Source: Naegleria gruberi
Taxonomy: Eukaryota
DNA length: 64,000 bases
Direction: 5' to 3' (one strand)
NCBI GenBank assembly: GCA_000004985.1
Contig: GG738904.1
The notes under the pieces: generated by a model
What the model was told of the DNA's origin: nothing
What the model saw: the letters and a program-made list of their open reading frames with translations, nothing else
Database searches by the model: none
Made by a program: the position numbers and the translations under genes
Part shown: positions 1-12,673 of the stretch, in pieces
Position numbering within the stretch: the stretch's first letter is position 1
How the letters are laid out: the number at the start of each line of letters is the position of its first letter

Positions 1-205
1 TTCTCTTCCTCCAATATTGGTTGTGTTTTTTCATTATTATTGTCTTTATCCGATATTTGATCCTCTTCTTCTTTTTCCCTTCCTTCATCACAAGCAGCAA
101 CATTCAATGAAGAAGGTATGTCATTTACAGAAGAAGGTATTGTTTCCTCTGTTGCTGTTGTTGTTGTCGTTGCTTGTTGATGGAGTTCCTGATTCTCCTC
201 CGAAG
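1..205 (-). CDS. 5' end of a gene running off the window (partial); acidic/Thr-rich N-terminus
   Basis: The reverse strand has an ATG (complement of 203-205) followed by an open frame to position 1 (MSSEENQELHQQATTTTTATEETIPSSVNDIPSSLNVAACDEGREKEEEDQISDKDNNNEKTQPILEEE...). It is not in the ORF track because it is truncated at the window edge. It is divergent from the gene that starts at 1322. Confidence 0.35.
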
Positions 206-1321
206 ACATGCTGATAATAAATTAAAAAAGATGACGGAAGCAGAAATCAACAAGGCAATTTTTTCTGGTTTACTTTAACGAAGGTTCTCACTTCAAAATC
301 ATTTCTATTTAGTTATGCCAAGTCACAATTTATTTGCTTGTTTGCAATTTTGGATGACATTGCATACAGTTTTATAAAATTGTTTTCAAAGTGTTTGTAA
401 ACTCTTAGTAAATGTTTAAGATAAGTTAAACTAGATTCTTCCAAAAATAAAGTAATCCTAGAAAGTAAAATACTGACATGTTAACAGTTAGAGTTAATTC
501 AATGTTTCAGTATTTCTTTTAGCATTCGTAAAACTTTTCCTATATTAAGCTTGGCAGTAGCCTCAAAAAAGTAGTTTCCATTACAAAAAAGATTGGAAGA
601 TTTTGAACTACAGTACAAGCAAATAGAGGCACGAATCACCTTGAATATTCCATAACTCAAATTGCCACACTTCATAAATAAAGATGGTACAGTAAGGCTA
701 CTTCAAGTGAACCATTAACTATTTTACTAGATCTTACGAAATGGAAGGATGGTTTACTGAATTGTGACATTTCTCAATTCTATTTCACAAAATACAGATG
801 AGAAAGAGGCATTTCAAAATGAAGACTTTTTGAAGAATACTAGAAAATATTTAATTACACAAATTACAAATTCATTATTGTAAAATGATAATATTCATTA
901 TGAATTCATAATGACCAAAGTCTTTCCAACCGTTTATTTTCAGAGTTTGAGGGCCCAAGAGTGGTTGTTGTGAAACATATCAAGCACAATAGGGAAGATA
1001 TTGGCAAGCATCCATCAATCAGTTGTGATCAACGCTGCGACACTTGTCACATTTTCACACTTTAAAAAAAATTTCATTCTGCCACCAGCCCAGGTAATCA
1101 AAAATTAAGAGGGCTACTCAACAAACGATTCGTAACAACAACAAACAGAGGCAACGAATCAAAATTTCACTAATCACTGTTGACACTAATCATCAGCATC
1201 ATTGTAACAATATCAATCGTGTTCTCGTATAGTAAGTAAAGAAGAATACACAATTATTAGAAAGAGGACCAATAACAATAACTATCTGCTAATTCTTCTG
1301 CTTCTTCATTCTCTATAGAAA

Positions 1322-4300
1322 ATGGAACATTTACTCGTGTTGACTACTGTTGAAAGAATTGGTGATTCTCTTCCAAGTACACCTTCATCACAAAGAAGAA
1401 AGGGTTTCAATTTGAAGGGTTATATTAAAACACTCAATGAATTGATTGTTTTGCCAAATATTGACTTACACAAAGTGGTTCAACCTCTCGTTGATCTCTA
1501 CGATAATGTCTCTAAAGTAAGTAGTTTTTCAGAAGGCTGTAGTGGTTTATTAACGCTACATGGTTTTTTTGTTGCAAATTTCATTATCATCATGTTTGGC
1601 GCCACAATTTTGTATCTTCCAATGACACAATTTTTCAACAATAACAACAACAAAACAAAATGATGATCAACTAATAATATCATCATCATGCTGGTTATTA
1701 TGTTGATATTTATCTAACAAAAACAAATTATCATATATAGACCACAATCAATGCTACATTAAAACCTTCTGAGAAAAGAACAAAATTAGAGTTGATCAAC
1801 AAATCAAAACTCATCATTCTCAATCTATTATCGGATTATATAAATTTTGCCATCGAAAATAAGGAAGTAAGTATGAATTATTGTGAGGTTCATCAATATG
1901 AATTTGTTATTATTATTATTAATAATATATTTAATAGCTTGTTTTGCCAAATCATCACTTGAACAATTTGTTCTGTCAATTTGATAATGATGATCTCTTG
2001 TTGGAAGAGAGACGTCAAGAACAAGATGAAGAAGAAGATGAAGATTTAGTTGCACTTGTTAAGGAACAATCAAAGAATGCTCATCAACCATCACAATCAG
2101 CTTCAACAATTACAGAAAGTACAAATGAAGGTAACGAATCTCCAAGTATTAAAAATGGATCTCTCAATCAGATCAGTGATTTCGAATATGGGCATGAAAG
2201 AGGTAGATCACCAAGTGGCTTGGGAGCATCTCTTGATTATTTAAATGCTTACAAGCAAAGAAAACAAAAGAAATCTTCATCAAAATCACAAAGAAACTTT
2301 AATGTAAAGAGAAGTGCTGCCACTTTTACTCAACCAAAAGAATTGGACGAAGCAACAGCTCTCAACATTATTCAATTAGTTTCCACTAGATTATTATTAC
2401 AACATGATATGTTCTATGATGCCACACAAGAAGAAATCCAAAAAACAGCAGTTAATAATTATCTTGAACAACAAATTTCCTATAGATGTATGGAGATACT
2501 ATTCAAAATAAGTGTTTGTAAACCAGATACTGTTTTCAAGACTATTGTTGGTGATTCATTACCTACATCACTTAATAATAACTGTATGGATATCAGTTTT
2601 AATACTGATCTTCAATCTGACAAACTTCCTTTCTCTTCCTCTCTTTCACATTTCAAACTGATCGAATATGTAAATTGGACAGTTGGTAATTTAGAAAAAC
2701 TCTTAAAGGCAGTCAATGAAAACATGAAAGGTTTTACCAAATATTTGGAAGTCTTAACACCTCCTTTAAGATTAGCTATATGGAACTTTATTACAAACTA
2801 TAATAATGAATTTGTTGATATCATTAAGAATCCAAATGCTTCAATTGTTAATACAGCTAGAGAAACATTTGATAATATTTATAAACAAACAGGAAAGAAA
2901 CAAAAAAACAAGACATGGCCAGCACTTGCCACTTTATGCGTTTTGACTGCAGATGATCTTCTAAAGTGTGTAAAGGCAGGTAATGGTAAAAAGTTTGGTG
3001 GCAGTGAAAATATGACAACATTTATTCACAAAGATCTCTTAAAAGCAATGGAAGATAAGGATAAGTCTCTTATTTTACCTCCATTGATTGACATTTATAG
3101 AGCTGTATCATATGCACCATCAGATGTAGAAACAGCCTTTGCTGTTCTTTCTCTTTTGGTGGAAGAAAAATTCCTTTCCATTTTTGTACCAGAACCAACA
3201 ACAGGAAAAGTTTCTAAATGCTATAGTCCAGAAGAGTTGAATGAACTCGAAATGTGGACATTTTATGTAACAACACTTTATAGAAGAAGCCCAGAAAAAT
3301 GCAAAAAACAACTAATGATACCAATAATGGCAGATGGTACTTTAGAGCAAAAACAAACAGTTGCCAAAGTACTTCTTTTCCTTCTTACTGATAGATCTTC
3401 TCAATTTACCTACAATAGAAAGTTAGAAGTAGACTTTAAAGTACTTGCTTCATCTCTTCGTGAATTTTTCATTTCGACTACAGATCAATTCAAAGGTAAA
3501 GCAAGAGAAACTGGTGATGATAATACTCCAACATTAGCACCAAGTGCATCCTTTAGAACACCAAAGAAAGGCTTTGCAGCTCTTTTAAGAGAGAAAGTAG
3601 GTGGTAAGGACAGTAGTAATTCTCCTACTGGATTGGGATCATTCGCAGGTCAACCAAACTTTAAAATGTTTGATACTGTTAACACAATTCTTCACGTTTT
3701 TTGTGCTGATCCAAGGTTTTTCCTTACAAAGTCAAACGAATCCGATCAAAATATCAATAATTTTGCCTATTTGGCTGACTTCTTTGTGCTAAATTCTGAC
3801 CCAATTGTACAAGATCAAATAACTAGACTTTTCCAAAAGCTTTTCTTAGAACAATATATTAAGAACTGGGGAGATGATTTATTTGTTGGATTCAGTACTA
3901 TCTCAACAAGAGTTTTGTCAAGACTATCACCTGCTCTTTTCCTTCTTAATGAATTGGAACAATTGCAAGCAACAAAGACCTTACTTTTCCTTTTGAGAAA
4001 CATTACCTATTGTGCTAAGAAATTCTATATTGCTAACAGAGACACTTATTTACTTTTGGAACACATTAGAACTAACCCTGACAGAATTAATACTCTTGAA
4101 GTTTTATGTAGTAACTTATTGGTATGCCTTTGCTCAACTGATAAGGAGATTTGGCAGTCTACTACAAGATGTTTGAGAGATGTTTGTGACCAAATTGAAA
4201 TTTTGAATAATCACAACATTAAGAAGTTGAATTACAATTTTTACAGACAATTGGCAAGCATTGACTTGAATGGTAAATTTTACAATGAAAGAAAGTCACA

Positions 4301-7300
4301 AATCCAACTTTTCAAGAGAGTTGAAACTCAAACACCATCCATTTTGAAAGCCTTTGGTGAGGTTTATAACAGATGGAAGGAACTTCTTGATCAACTCAAG
4401 AGTGAAGATTCTGCTTCAAATATTACCTTGAGAGATTTGTTCCCTAATTACACCTCTTTGCTATGTGCTCTCGGTGGTGTATGCATTCAAGATACAAAGG
4501 ATGAAGATTCAAGCTTTGTTCTTGATTTCTTAAAGCCAGAGGCAACAAGTGCCAATAATGTTGACAGTTATATGGATGACTTGATGAAACAAGTTATTTC
4601 AGACGATGTCAATGTCAGACAAATGGTAACCATCTCTGTTTCTACTGATTTATCACCAAGTCTTTTCACTAAATTGTTCACTGCCATGAAGGCTTCAGTT
4701 CAAGAACAATTCGGACAAACATTTGTTATTAGTCAAAAGAATAACTTACTTGTTGATCAATATCTTCACATTCTCAAGACAATTGTTGAAAATCCAGATA
4801 CTAATACTGATCTTTCTCTTGCTCAAGAAATTGATTCCATTACTGATCTCTTTGCTAACTATTGTACACACAGCGAATTTGATAACAAGGATGTCCTTGA
4901 GTTGAAGAAGAAATTATGTCAATTCCTTGAAGTTTTGATGAGCAAAGTTGAATACTTGACTTTCAAGAACATTGAAGAACAAAAGTTGAGAAGAACAATC
5001 ATTGGTCACGTTATGGAATGGACAACTGATTCTGTCTTTAAAGAAAAGACATCAACCGGAGCAAGTGTATCAACTCCTCGTGTTGCTTCTGAGGCTCCTC
5101 TTCTAGAAAACAATTCCCAAGTTTCAACTGAAGTCAAGAAACTCTACACCGATCTTGATTTGTTGTGCATGAAGGCATGTACTTCCCTTATCAATGGTAT
5201 GGTTATTGCAAACGATGAAAAAGGAAGAGAAGAATATTCAAAATACTTTGCTTTCTTATTGAGATTCCTTGAAAAGGCTAAAGACAGTACTTTTACAGCT
5301 ACAATTTACAAGGCCTTCTCTAGATTATTGCAAACAAACGTCAGTTTTGGTCTTGAGTATTACATGTCAAAGGTCTACGATAATAATAACACTATTAGAT
5401 CAACATTCTTGGGATTGCTATCTGAATTGATCAAGAAGGGACTTTTGGTTGAAGAAGAAGAAAAAAATAAGCAAGACAGAGTTTCTATTTCTGAATACCA
5501 AGAAATTATCAACAAACTTGTCTTTACCAATAGAAAGAGAGCTCTTTTTGCACTTTTTGATAAGTGCAAGAATCCAGAAAAAGATGATTTGTGTGAAGCT
5601 GTTATTAGAGTTTATCAATCAAAGGGTGAAATTGATAAGAATTTATTAGATTTGTTCCGTCAAAGTGTTACCAGAGAAGTTGCAACCACACCAAAATCAC
5701 AACCTGAAACTCTTTTCAGAGCTAACTCAACCTCTACTAAACTCTTAAAGAAGTACTGTTTGAGAGTCAGTAACCCATACTTGACAACTGTTATTGGTGG
5801 GTTCATCGATACTATGTGTACTAAGCCAACCAAATTTGAAATCGATCCACTGAAGGCTCAACAAAGAGGAGAAAGCGTTGAAGAAAACGTTGAAAATATT
5901 CTTGAAGTATTACAAGAATTTATTGACTGCCTCTGTGATTCAGTCCAACAAACACCTTACACCTTCAGAATGTATTGCAGATATTTGTACGAAGAAGTTG
6001 GTAAGAAATTCACTAAACCAGATGATGACAATGATGAACAATTTGACTTTAAATATATTGCAGTTGGTGGTTTCTTAATTTTGAGATTGATTTGTCCAGC
6101 CATCACTTCTCCACATTTGTATGGTTTGTCAGGAAGTGATATTCCTGCTGACTCTAGACGTTATGCAATCATTCTTACAAAGTTGGTTCAAAACTTGGCA
6201 AACGGTATTGTTGACTCCAAGAAGGAAGAATTCATGAAGAATTTTGTTGATATTATTAGACTTAATCTTAACAAGATTCAAACCTATTTTGAAAAGATTG
6301 CTGCTCCAATAGTTGAAAATGAAGAAGTTTTGAGAATTGAAGAAACAGTCACTGAAGATGAATTGAAGGAAGCATATGAAGTTCTCTATAGATTCTTCTA
6401 TAACTATGCTGATACATTGAGAGAAGAATTAAGTTCACTCTATGATGATATTGAAGATGAGGAAAAGGAAGTATTGGAAGAAGTTGATATCAATGAAAAG
6501 CCATCCTCTAAACAAAACGGTAAATCTCTCAATGATCTCTTAGAAAAGGCTATTGAACAATTTGGTAAACCAGCTGAAGAAGAAAAAACAGGAAGAAGAC
6601 TTTCTGTAAAGCTTAGCAAGGATGATGAGTTCTCCAATCCATTACTTAAGGAATTGCTCAGAAAGAATGAAAAGAAAGATACCTCAAAGATTGCTGAAAT
6701 GAAATTCTTCTCTATCAGTGAACACAAGAATGCTAAGAATCAACGTATAGTTTATTTCATTCCTTACAATTTGGATTTGACTAGATTCTCTCTTGATTTA
6801 TACTTGTACTATGTTCTCAAGAGTATGGAAACCATTTGGAAGGAACCTTATATCATTGTTGTAGATTCTACCTTCTTGACAAAGAAATTTGATATTCGTT
6901 TGTCTGTATTTATTCAACTTTCCAAACACATTCCACAAGGTGCAAAGAAGAATCTTCAAGAAATTTACTTGGTTAACCCAAATACATTCTTCAACAAGAC
7001 CACTAAGAAGCTTGTCTCCATGTTAAGTCATAATCGTTGGAAGGTCATTACTACCAGCTCTTTGCCAGCTGTCACTGACCAAAAATCAAAGACTCCAACC
7101 TCAAAGGATCCATTAGAACTTGTCAAACCTGAACATTCTATGCTTCCATCTCTCACTCAACAATTGTATGAAAAGAGTGAAATAATATATAATACTGAAG
7201 TTGTTCTTGCTTCTCATACAACTGATTGTGAAATTAGACTCTTTGATCAATACATGTTTATTGTTATCAAGGGAGAAAAGTTTATTAATAACAAGGTACC

Positions 7301-10217
7301 AGCAGATTGTTTGGAACATGTCAATGTAACAAAGATTGCCAATATTGCTGTAAAGAAGTCATTGTTTGGTAAATCAAGCAAGGCCACTAAAGATTTTGTT
7401 GTCAAGTATATTGATGATGAAGATGCTGAAGCAGCCTACAACTTTAGAGCTCAAACCATTGAAGAAAGAGACCAAATTATGCAAGGTATTAGAAACTATG
7501 TTGAAAGAAAATCAAGAGGAACAAAGACTGGAAAATCTCTTGAACGTGAATTTAAGAGACTTAAACTTCAAGATGTACCAGGTCAACTCCTTGCTATTTC
7601 ATTCTTCAATCTCGATTCTAAACACACTCCAATTAGAGCTAGTGCTTATTCGTTACTTGCTTCTATCTTTGAACAAGTCAAGATTTCTTCTCATGGTTTG
7701 ATTTTAGAAAGTGATGCTGCTTATGTTCCAAGAAATACTGAAAATACTGTTTTGAGAATTAGTGAATACGTTGCCAGAAATAAGCCTGAACTCACTTTAG
7801 AATTCATTTGTGAAGCTCTCAATGCCTTCAAGACAATCCAAGGAAATAAGTCCAAGTTGAAGTTTGCATCCTTCATCCTCCCATGGCTCGATAACTTGTC
7901 AAGATTTGAAATTTCTACTAGTGTTGATGAAGTTGATGAAAAGACCGAAACAATTAAGAATTGGTTCGAAAACTTTACCAAACTCTGTATTGCCAATGAA
8001 GAAATCTATCCAAAATTACAAAATGTTTGGAAGCACGTCTGTAAACTCTCTTTGCCACTCATTAGAATTGCTATTGAGAGTGTTATCAAACAAGGTACAA
8101 CAAGTGAAATGCTCATGAATGGAGAACAATCTATTATTGGCGATATTTTAGGAACTATTTTGTTGCACTCACCTCTTCAATGGAATGTGGCTCAATTTAT
8201 CATTAACAAGATTGTTGAACCACTCATGACAGAGGAATTGAATATTGACCTTTTGAACAAAGCAACAGTTAAAGAGTTGGTGAAATCAAAAGATATTCTA
8301 GGCAAGATTCCAGTTTACATGTCTTATCTCCTTATGTTGTCTTTTAATAGTCAAATCAATTTGTTAGAGAATTTGCCATACGTACTCTTTATTATTTCTC
8401 TCTTCTTGGGTGTTGGTTCAGATACCTACTTGAGATCAATTGTTTATGGTATTTGTTGTAACTGTGTTCACTCCCTTGTTTTGGAATTGCCAGCATGTGA
8501 ACAATTTGAGCATGTAAGAGCCAAATTGCAAAAGCTTCATTTGAGAGTTCTTGAAAAGGACATCAAGTCAAGTTTCATGGGTGGTGAACATGAACCACAA
8601 CCTTTTGCCTCATACTCTGATTTTGTCAATAAGGTTTCACAAGGAAAGGTAACATTCGATGAAACTACCATGTACAAGTATGAAGATATCATGAGATACT
8701 TTAAGGAAATCATTGAATGCTTTGACTTTAGTTACGATAGCCTTATTCAAGCTAGGGGTAAGACTTTGAAATCTCAATTTGGTTCTACCATTATAACCTC
8801 ATCCAAGGCAACTCATAGTGTTATTGAAGAATCATCTGAAAATTCCAAGGATATGGATGAAGATGGTACAGAAAATGATATGACAGAAGGAGAAGTTGAT
8901 GATGAGCATAACGGTTCTAATCCAAGCACTAGCACCTCAGATATCGTTAAATCTGGCAGTGATACCATCAAGAGTGTTTGGTTGAAGATCTTTACCAACT
9001 TATGTAAGGATACCATGAAGACAGCCAATCTCTTATTGTTCCCTAAATCTTTAATCTCATTCAGTATTATTTCCACCTCAGAACAATCATATGATATGAT
9101 TCCATTTGTTCTTAACTTTATTGGTAAGCGTGGTGTTGAAACTCTCTCCGAAAATGAGCTAATGTTGTCTGTTCTATTGTCAATTAACCAATTCTGTATT
9201 AATATGGTTGTTGAAAAGGATAGAATTGAAACTTTGAGAAAGATTATTATCTTTGGATTCTTCTTGTTGACCATTGCCAACACAAAGATTTATTCTGCTG
9301 TAACCAAGTTGCTCAGTACAGTTTTTGCCATTCTTTTTGAAGCTAGAGATATTCATGACGGTTTCTTGTCTATTGGTGATTACTTTAATCAAGTTTTCAG
9401 ATCTGACTACTCCAAGTACCTATCCATCACTAAAGAATTTGAAGAAACTGTTGGACTTTCATTTGGCCAACACTTCTCATTCACCGTTTCTCTTCTTCTC
9501 ATGAAGGGACTTGCTATTGATGACTCCACCATTAGAAAGGCAACTATTTCTCTCCTCAAACAAATCCTCTCTATCAGTTACAAACTCAAGTTTGAACCAC
9601 AAAACCAACTAGGCTTTATTGCTGCTTTAATTCCATTCGATAAGCAGTACAACTCTGTATTATATAGTGAACAACTCTATTCTGAAAGCATGTTCACTAA
9701 GGAAACTGTTTTCCTCTTCCAAAAGTACCTCTTTAGCATTACTGCATCCAACATTGATCTTGATAGCTGTGCTTCTGTTTATAGATCACTTGCAAGAGGT
9801 TTTGAAGCCATTCCTGATACTTTTGCAGATGTTTTCCAAGATCACCACAGTATGTCTCAAGTCATTAAGGTATACACCTCCTCTCAAGATGATACTATCA
9901 TTGAACATAGTTTGAATCTTTTCAAGATTATGAGTAATAATGCCAAATCAAAGAAACTTCAAGTTAAGGAACCATTTGCTGATTATGGATTCAAAGGTTT
10001 CCGTGATCAAACTACATTCCAAACCACTAAGGATGACTTGAAGAAGAAATGTCAAAAGACTTTGATTACATTCTTAACTGAAAACTTTAATGAACAAGAA
10101 TATCCATCCATGGATTCTGTAATTATTTCCAAGACTGGTATGAAGAAATCATTCCTTAAAGCCGCCTCTTCAAGTCCAGTTGTAAGACAAGCATCAGGAA
10201 CAAACTTTAAGAAATAA
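1322..10217 (+). CDS. nfaA: Neurofibromin (NF1-type RasGAP) orthologue with a Sec14/CRAL-TRIO domain; three exons: 1322-1516, 1741-1866, 1938-10217 (about 2866 aa)
   Basis: The RasGAP signature YIAVGGFLILRLICPAITSP...KLVQNLANG is colinear with the human NF1 GRD (FEIDP, FLRxxxPAIxSP, KxxQxxAN). A Sec14-like segment (IVYFIPYNLDL...YIIVVDSTFL...EIYLVNPNTFF) follows. The two 5' introns have GTAAGT donors (1517, 1867) and AG acceptors (1740, 1937), and all junctions are phase 0. The long exon is one uninterrupted 2757-codon ORF. Confidence 0.85.
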
Positions 10218-10345
10218 AATTTTTATCATAATTCTTTGAATTCAAGAACAATATTTTTGCAATGTTATACATATCTCCTTACTAAATATTGATATATTAT
10301 CTTAAGCACAAATATTATTCATTAGAATATTATTTATTTAAAAAA

Positions 10346-10992
10346 ATGTCAAAACCAACTTTGAATATTTGCCTGTTGGGAAATGTTGATTGTGGAAAAT
10401 CAACACTGACAGGAAAATTATTAGAAGTTATCGGAGGTGATTCTTCCTATTCTGAAAAGATTAAAAAATCAACTAGTAAGAATTTTGTCGAGTCAAAAAA
10501 TCATTTCTTGAATTTAATGGATGTTTGGGGTATGTGGAATTAATTGTGATTAAAATTGAAAAGTATTGATTTAAAGTGGATCAATACCTCCTGCTGGAAG
10601 TAGCAAAGGTATTTGAGGAAGATTCGAACAAGGGTATTAGAAATATAGTGATAATTGTATTGGATGCCTCGTCAGGTGGATATGAGGCCGGCCTTAGTCA
10701 ACTAAAACATCTCTTGCTATTTTTGAAAACTCTGGAAGGTATTATGCATAACAAACAATTTATATTTTGTGTGAATAAGATGGATCACTCAAGTGTTAAT
10801 TATTCTGAATTGAGATTTAAAGAAATTGTCAATGAAGTATCTAGAATGGTCACTCGGCTTGGATTCTCACAACCACCACCACAATTCATTCCAATATCCT
10901 CACTGAAATGCGAAAATATTTTAGAAAATTGTGAAAACATGAGTTGGAATGCAAGTCAACCTTCACTACTGGATGTTATAAACTCATTGTAG
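10346..10992 (+). pseudogene. EF1-alpha/Hbs1-family translational GTPase-like G domain, degenerate (switch I/II motifs missing, domains II/III absent); either a two-exon gene (10346-10529 + 10577-10992 with a 47-nt intron) or a decayed pseudogene
   Basis: MSKPTLNICLLGNVDCGKSTLTG matches the G1/P-loop GHVDSGKST. IVIIVLDASSGGYEAGLSQ...FIFCVNKMD matches EF1A VLIVAAGVGEFEAG...VGVNKMD (G4 NKxD). IPISSLKCENI matches IPISGWNGDNM. No GITI/Thr (G2) or DAPGH (G3) is present. The ORF ends at the end of the G domain. Read in the exon-1 frame, the 47-nt gtatgt...aag segment resembles the missing switch-I region weakly (W..LK....I....WK) and includes in-frame TAA/TGA codons. Confidence 0.45.
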
Positions 10993-11196
10993 CAAAAATC
11001 TTTCATGTTCCTGCCAGGAATTGAACCCCGGACTTTCTAAAATGGTCCGTTGTAAAATTCTACAGTTTTCAAAATAAATCAAGAGTATACATTTTTCGCA
11101 AAGTTTAATCTCTTGATAGTTAGTAATCTGAAAGGGAATCTTCACCTATTTATCTCTCAGTTTTCATAAAGAAAAATATATAAAACAAAATGATAA

Positions 11197-11953
11197 TCAG
11201 CTGAGGATAGATTTGATCTTTTCAATGACATTTTTTCTATTGCCACATCAACTGTTGAAAATATTGATTCCTCTTTAATGTTTGAAATGCTTCTTGCTTT
11301 GAAGAATGATGACACTAGTATTTTGTGGGAAAATATGTATCAATCCATTCTCAAACTTCATCAATTGTTGGCCGCCGAAAGTGTTTCAAACTCATTCTCT
11401 AGAATGGTAAAAGATTTGGTTAAAAACAAGTATGAATCAATTGGATGGACCAATGTACCAGGAGCAGATGAAGATGAGGAAAATCTTGATGAATTACGTC
11501 CATCTCAATTTGGCCTGTCGTTTTGGTCTCACTGAATGTGTCACTGAAGCCTTTAAACGTTATCAAGAAAGAAACTCAACCATTATTCCTCCAATTCTTC
11601 GTAATGCTGTTTATAGAGCTGTTGTTTCTAATGGTGGAGAACGTGAATATTATCAAATTTTGAATCAATTCAAAGCTGAGCAAGATTCTGTGGAAAGAAC
11701 CAAGTTAGTGTATGCAAGATTCCACTCTTGCAAACGACCTTGGATTTGGCCCTTTCTCCACCATGTTAAGCCACAAGATAGTATCTTCCTTATTAGAGAA
11801 GTTGCAAGAAATGTACCAAGTGGACCAAACGTTGCTTTTGTCAGAACTAGATATGATGCCATTCTCTCAAAATGTGGACAAGATCAAGTCAGTAATAGAT
11901 TATCATATGGGGTTGGTTCTCTATTCACTAATATCTTTGAAAGGGATGAATAG
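11197..11953 (+). pseudogene. 3'-terminal fragment (about 250 codons) of an M1-family aminopeptidase (puromycin-sensitive aminopeptidase-like C-terminal ERAP1_C region), with an internal frameshift near 11490
   Basis: Frame 1 (AEDRFDLFNDIFSIATSTVENIDSSLMFEMLLALKNDD...ESIGWTNVPGADEDEENLDEL) then frame 2 (HLNLACRFGLTECVTEAFKRYQ...ILRNAVYRAVVSNGGEREYYQILNQFKAEQDSVERTKLVYA...HVKPQDSIFLIREVARN...) are colinear with the C-terminus of metazoan PSA (DRLGLQNDLFSLARAGIISTVE...LRSPVYLTVLKHGDG...EVRPQDTVSVIGGVAGG). Homology begins abruptly after in-frame TGA/TAA codons at about 11190. There is no room upstream for the roughly 650-aa catalytic (HEXXH) domain on this strand. Confidence 0.6.
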
Positions 11954-11989
11954 ATTCAATATTTTGCTCCAAATATTGAAAAATTGAGC

Positions 11990-12568
11990 ATGAAGCATTA
12001 TTATATTAGTGGAATGAAACAATTAACATTACTTAATATTGGGAACAATCAAATTGGTGTAGAAGGATCCAAATTCATACATGAAATGAAACAATTAACA
12101 TCACTTGATATATATTATAATGAAATTGGTGTAGAGGGATCCAAATTCATAAGTGATATGAAACAATTAACATCACTTAATATTAATTACAATCGAATTG
12201 GTGATGAAGGAGCCAAATTTATAAGTGAAATGAAACAATTAACATCACTTGATATTTATAACAATGAAATTGGTGTTGAAGGAGTCAAATCAATAAGTGA
12301 AATGAAACAATTAACATCACTTAATATCAGTGGAAATCAAAGTGGTGCCGAAGGAGTCAAATTAATAAGTGAAATGAAACAATTAACATCACTTAGTATT
12401 AATTACAATCGAATTGGTGATGAAGGAGTCAAATTAATAAGTAAAATGAAACAATTAGCATCACTTGATATTAGTGGAAATGGAATTGGTGATGAGGGAG
12501 CCAAATTAATAAGTGAAATGAAACAATTAAAATCGCTTAGTATTCATAACCAACAGATGTTTAAGTAA
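11990..12568 (+). CDS. Leucine-rich-repeat protein made only of about 8 tandem 24-aa RNI-like repeats (MKQLTSLDIxxNxIGxEGxKxISE); possibly a 3' exon or an orphan array
   Basis: The ORF-track protein is a near-perfect array of 24-aa repeats, which equals 72-bp tandem DNA repeats. The frame opens only 3 codons before the ATG (at 11981), immediately after the aminopeptidase fragment. No F-box or other N-terminal domain is found upstream. Confidence 0.45.
   Translation: MKHYYISGMKQLTLLNIGNNQIGVEGSKFIHEMKQLTSLDIYYNEIGVEGSKFISDMKQLTSLNINYNRIGDEGAKFISEMKQLTSLDIYNNEIGVEGVKSISEMKQLTSLNISGNQSGAEGVKLISEMKQLTSLSINYNRIGDEGVKLISKMKQLASLDISGNGIGDEGAKLISEMKQLKSLSIHNQQMFK
12000..12560. repeat. Tandem 72-bp coding repeats (LRR units); the same repeat family recurs at 29680-29990
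   Basis: An identical 33-mer, agtgaaatgaaacaattaacatcacttgatatt, occurs at about 12231 and about 29755. The period is 72 bp. Confidence 0.8.
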
Positions 12569-12673
12569 AATCCAAAAAAAAGGATTTGGCCAGACTCTGC
12601 CTCACACTCATTATAATAACTGTTAAGATTCTACTCTTTTTTTTTACTTAATGTATCTAAATCTCTGCCCATT

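Noticed and set aside
1498-10000. Numerous 60-160-aa ORFs antisense or out of frame within the NF1 exon (e.g. 1498-1689-, 3120-3311-, 6440-6727-, 8813-9283-)
   Set aside because: They are embedded in a 2757-codon ORF with strong homology and have AT-rich low-complexity translations. They are by-products of codon bias.
11712-11987. 91-aa frame-0 ORF (MQDSTLANDLGFGPF...) overlapping the aminopeptidase fragment
   Set aside because: The aminopeptidase homology runs in frame 2 all the way to the natural C-terminus (...NIFERDE*). This ORF is an out-of-frame shadow.
12000-12560. Regular 72-bp tandem repeats could be mistaken for a CRISPR-like or satellite array
   Set aside because: The repeats are in-frame coding LRR units (24 aa) within an ORF, and this is a eukaryotic genome.
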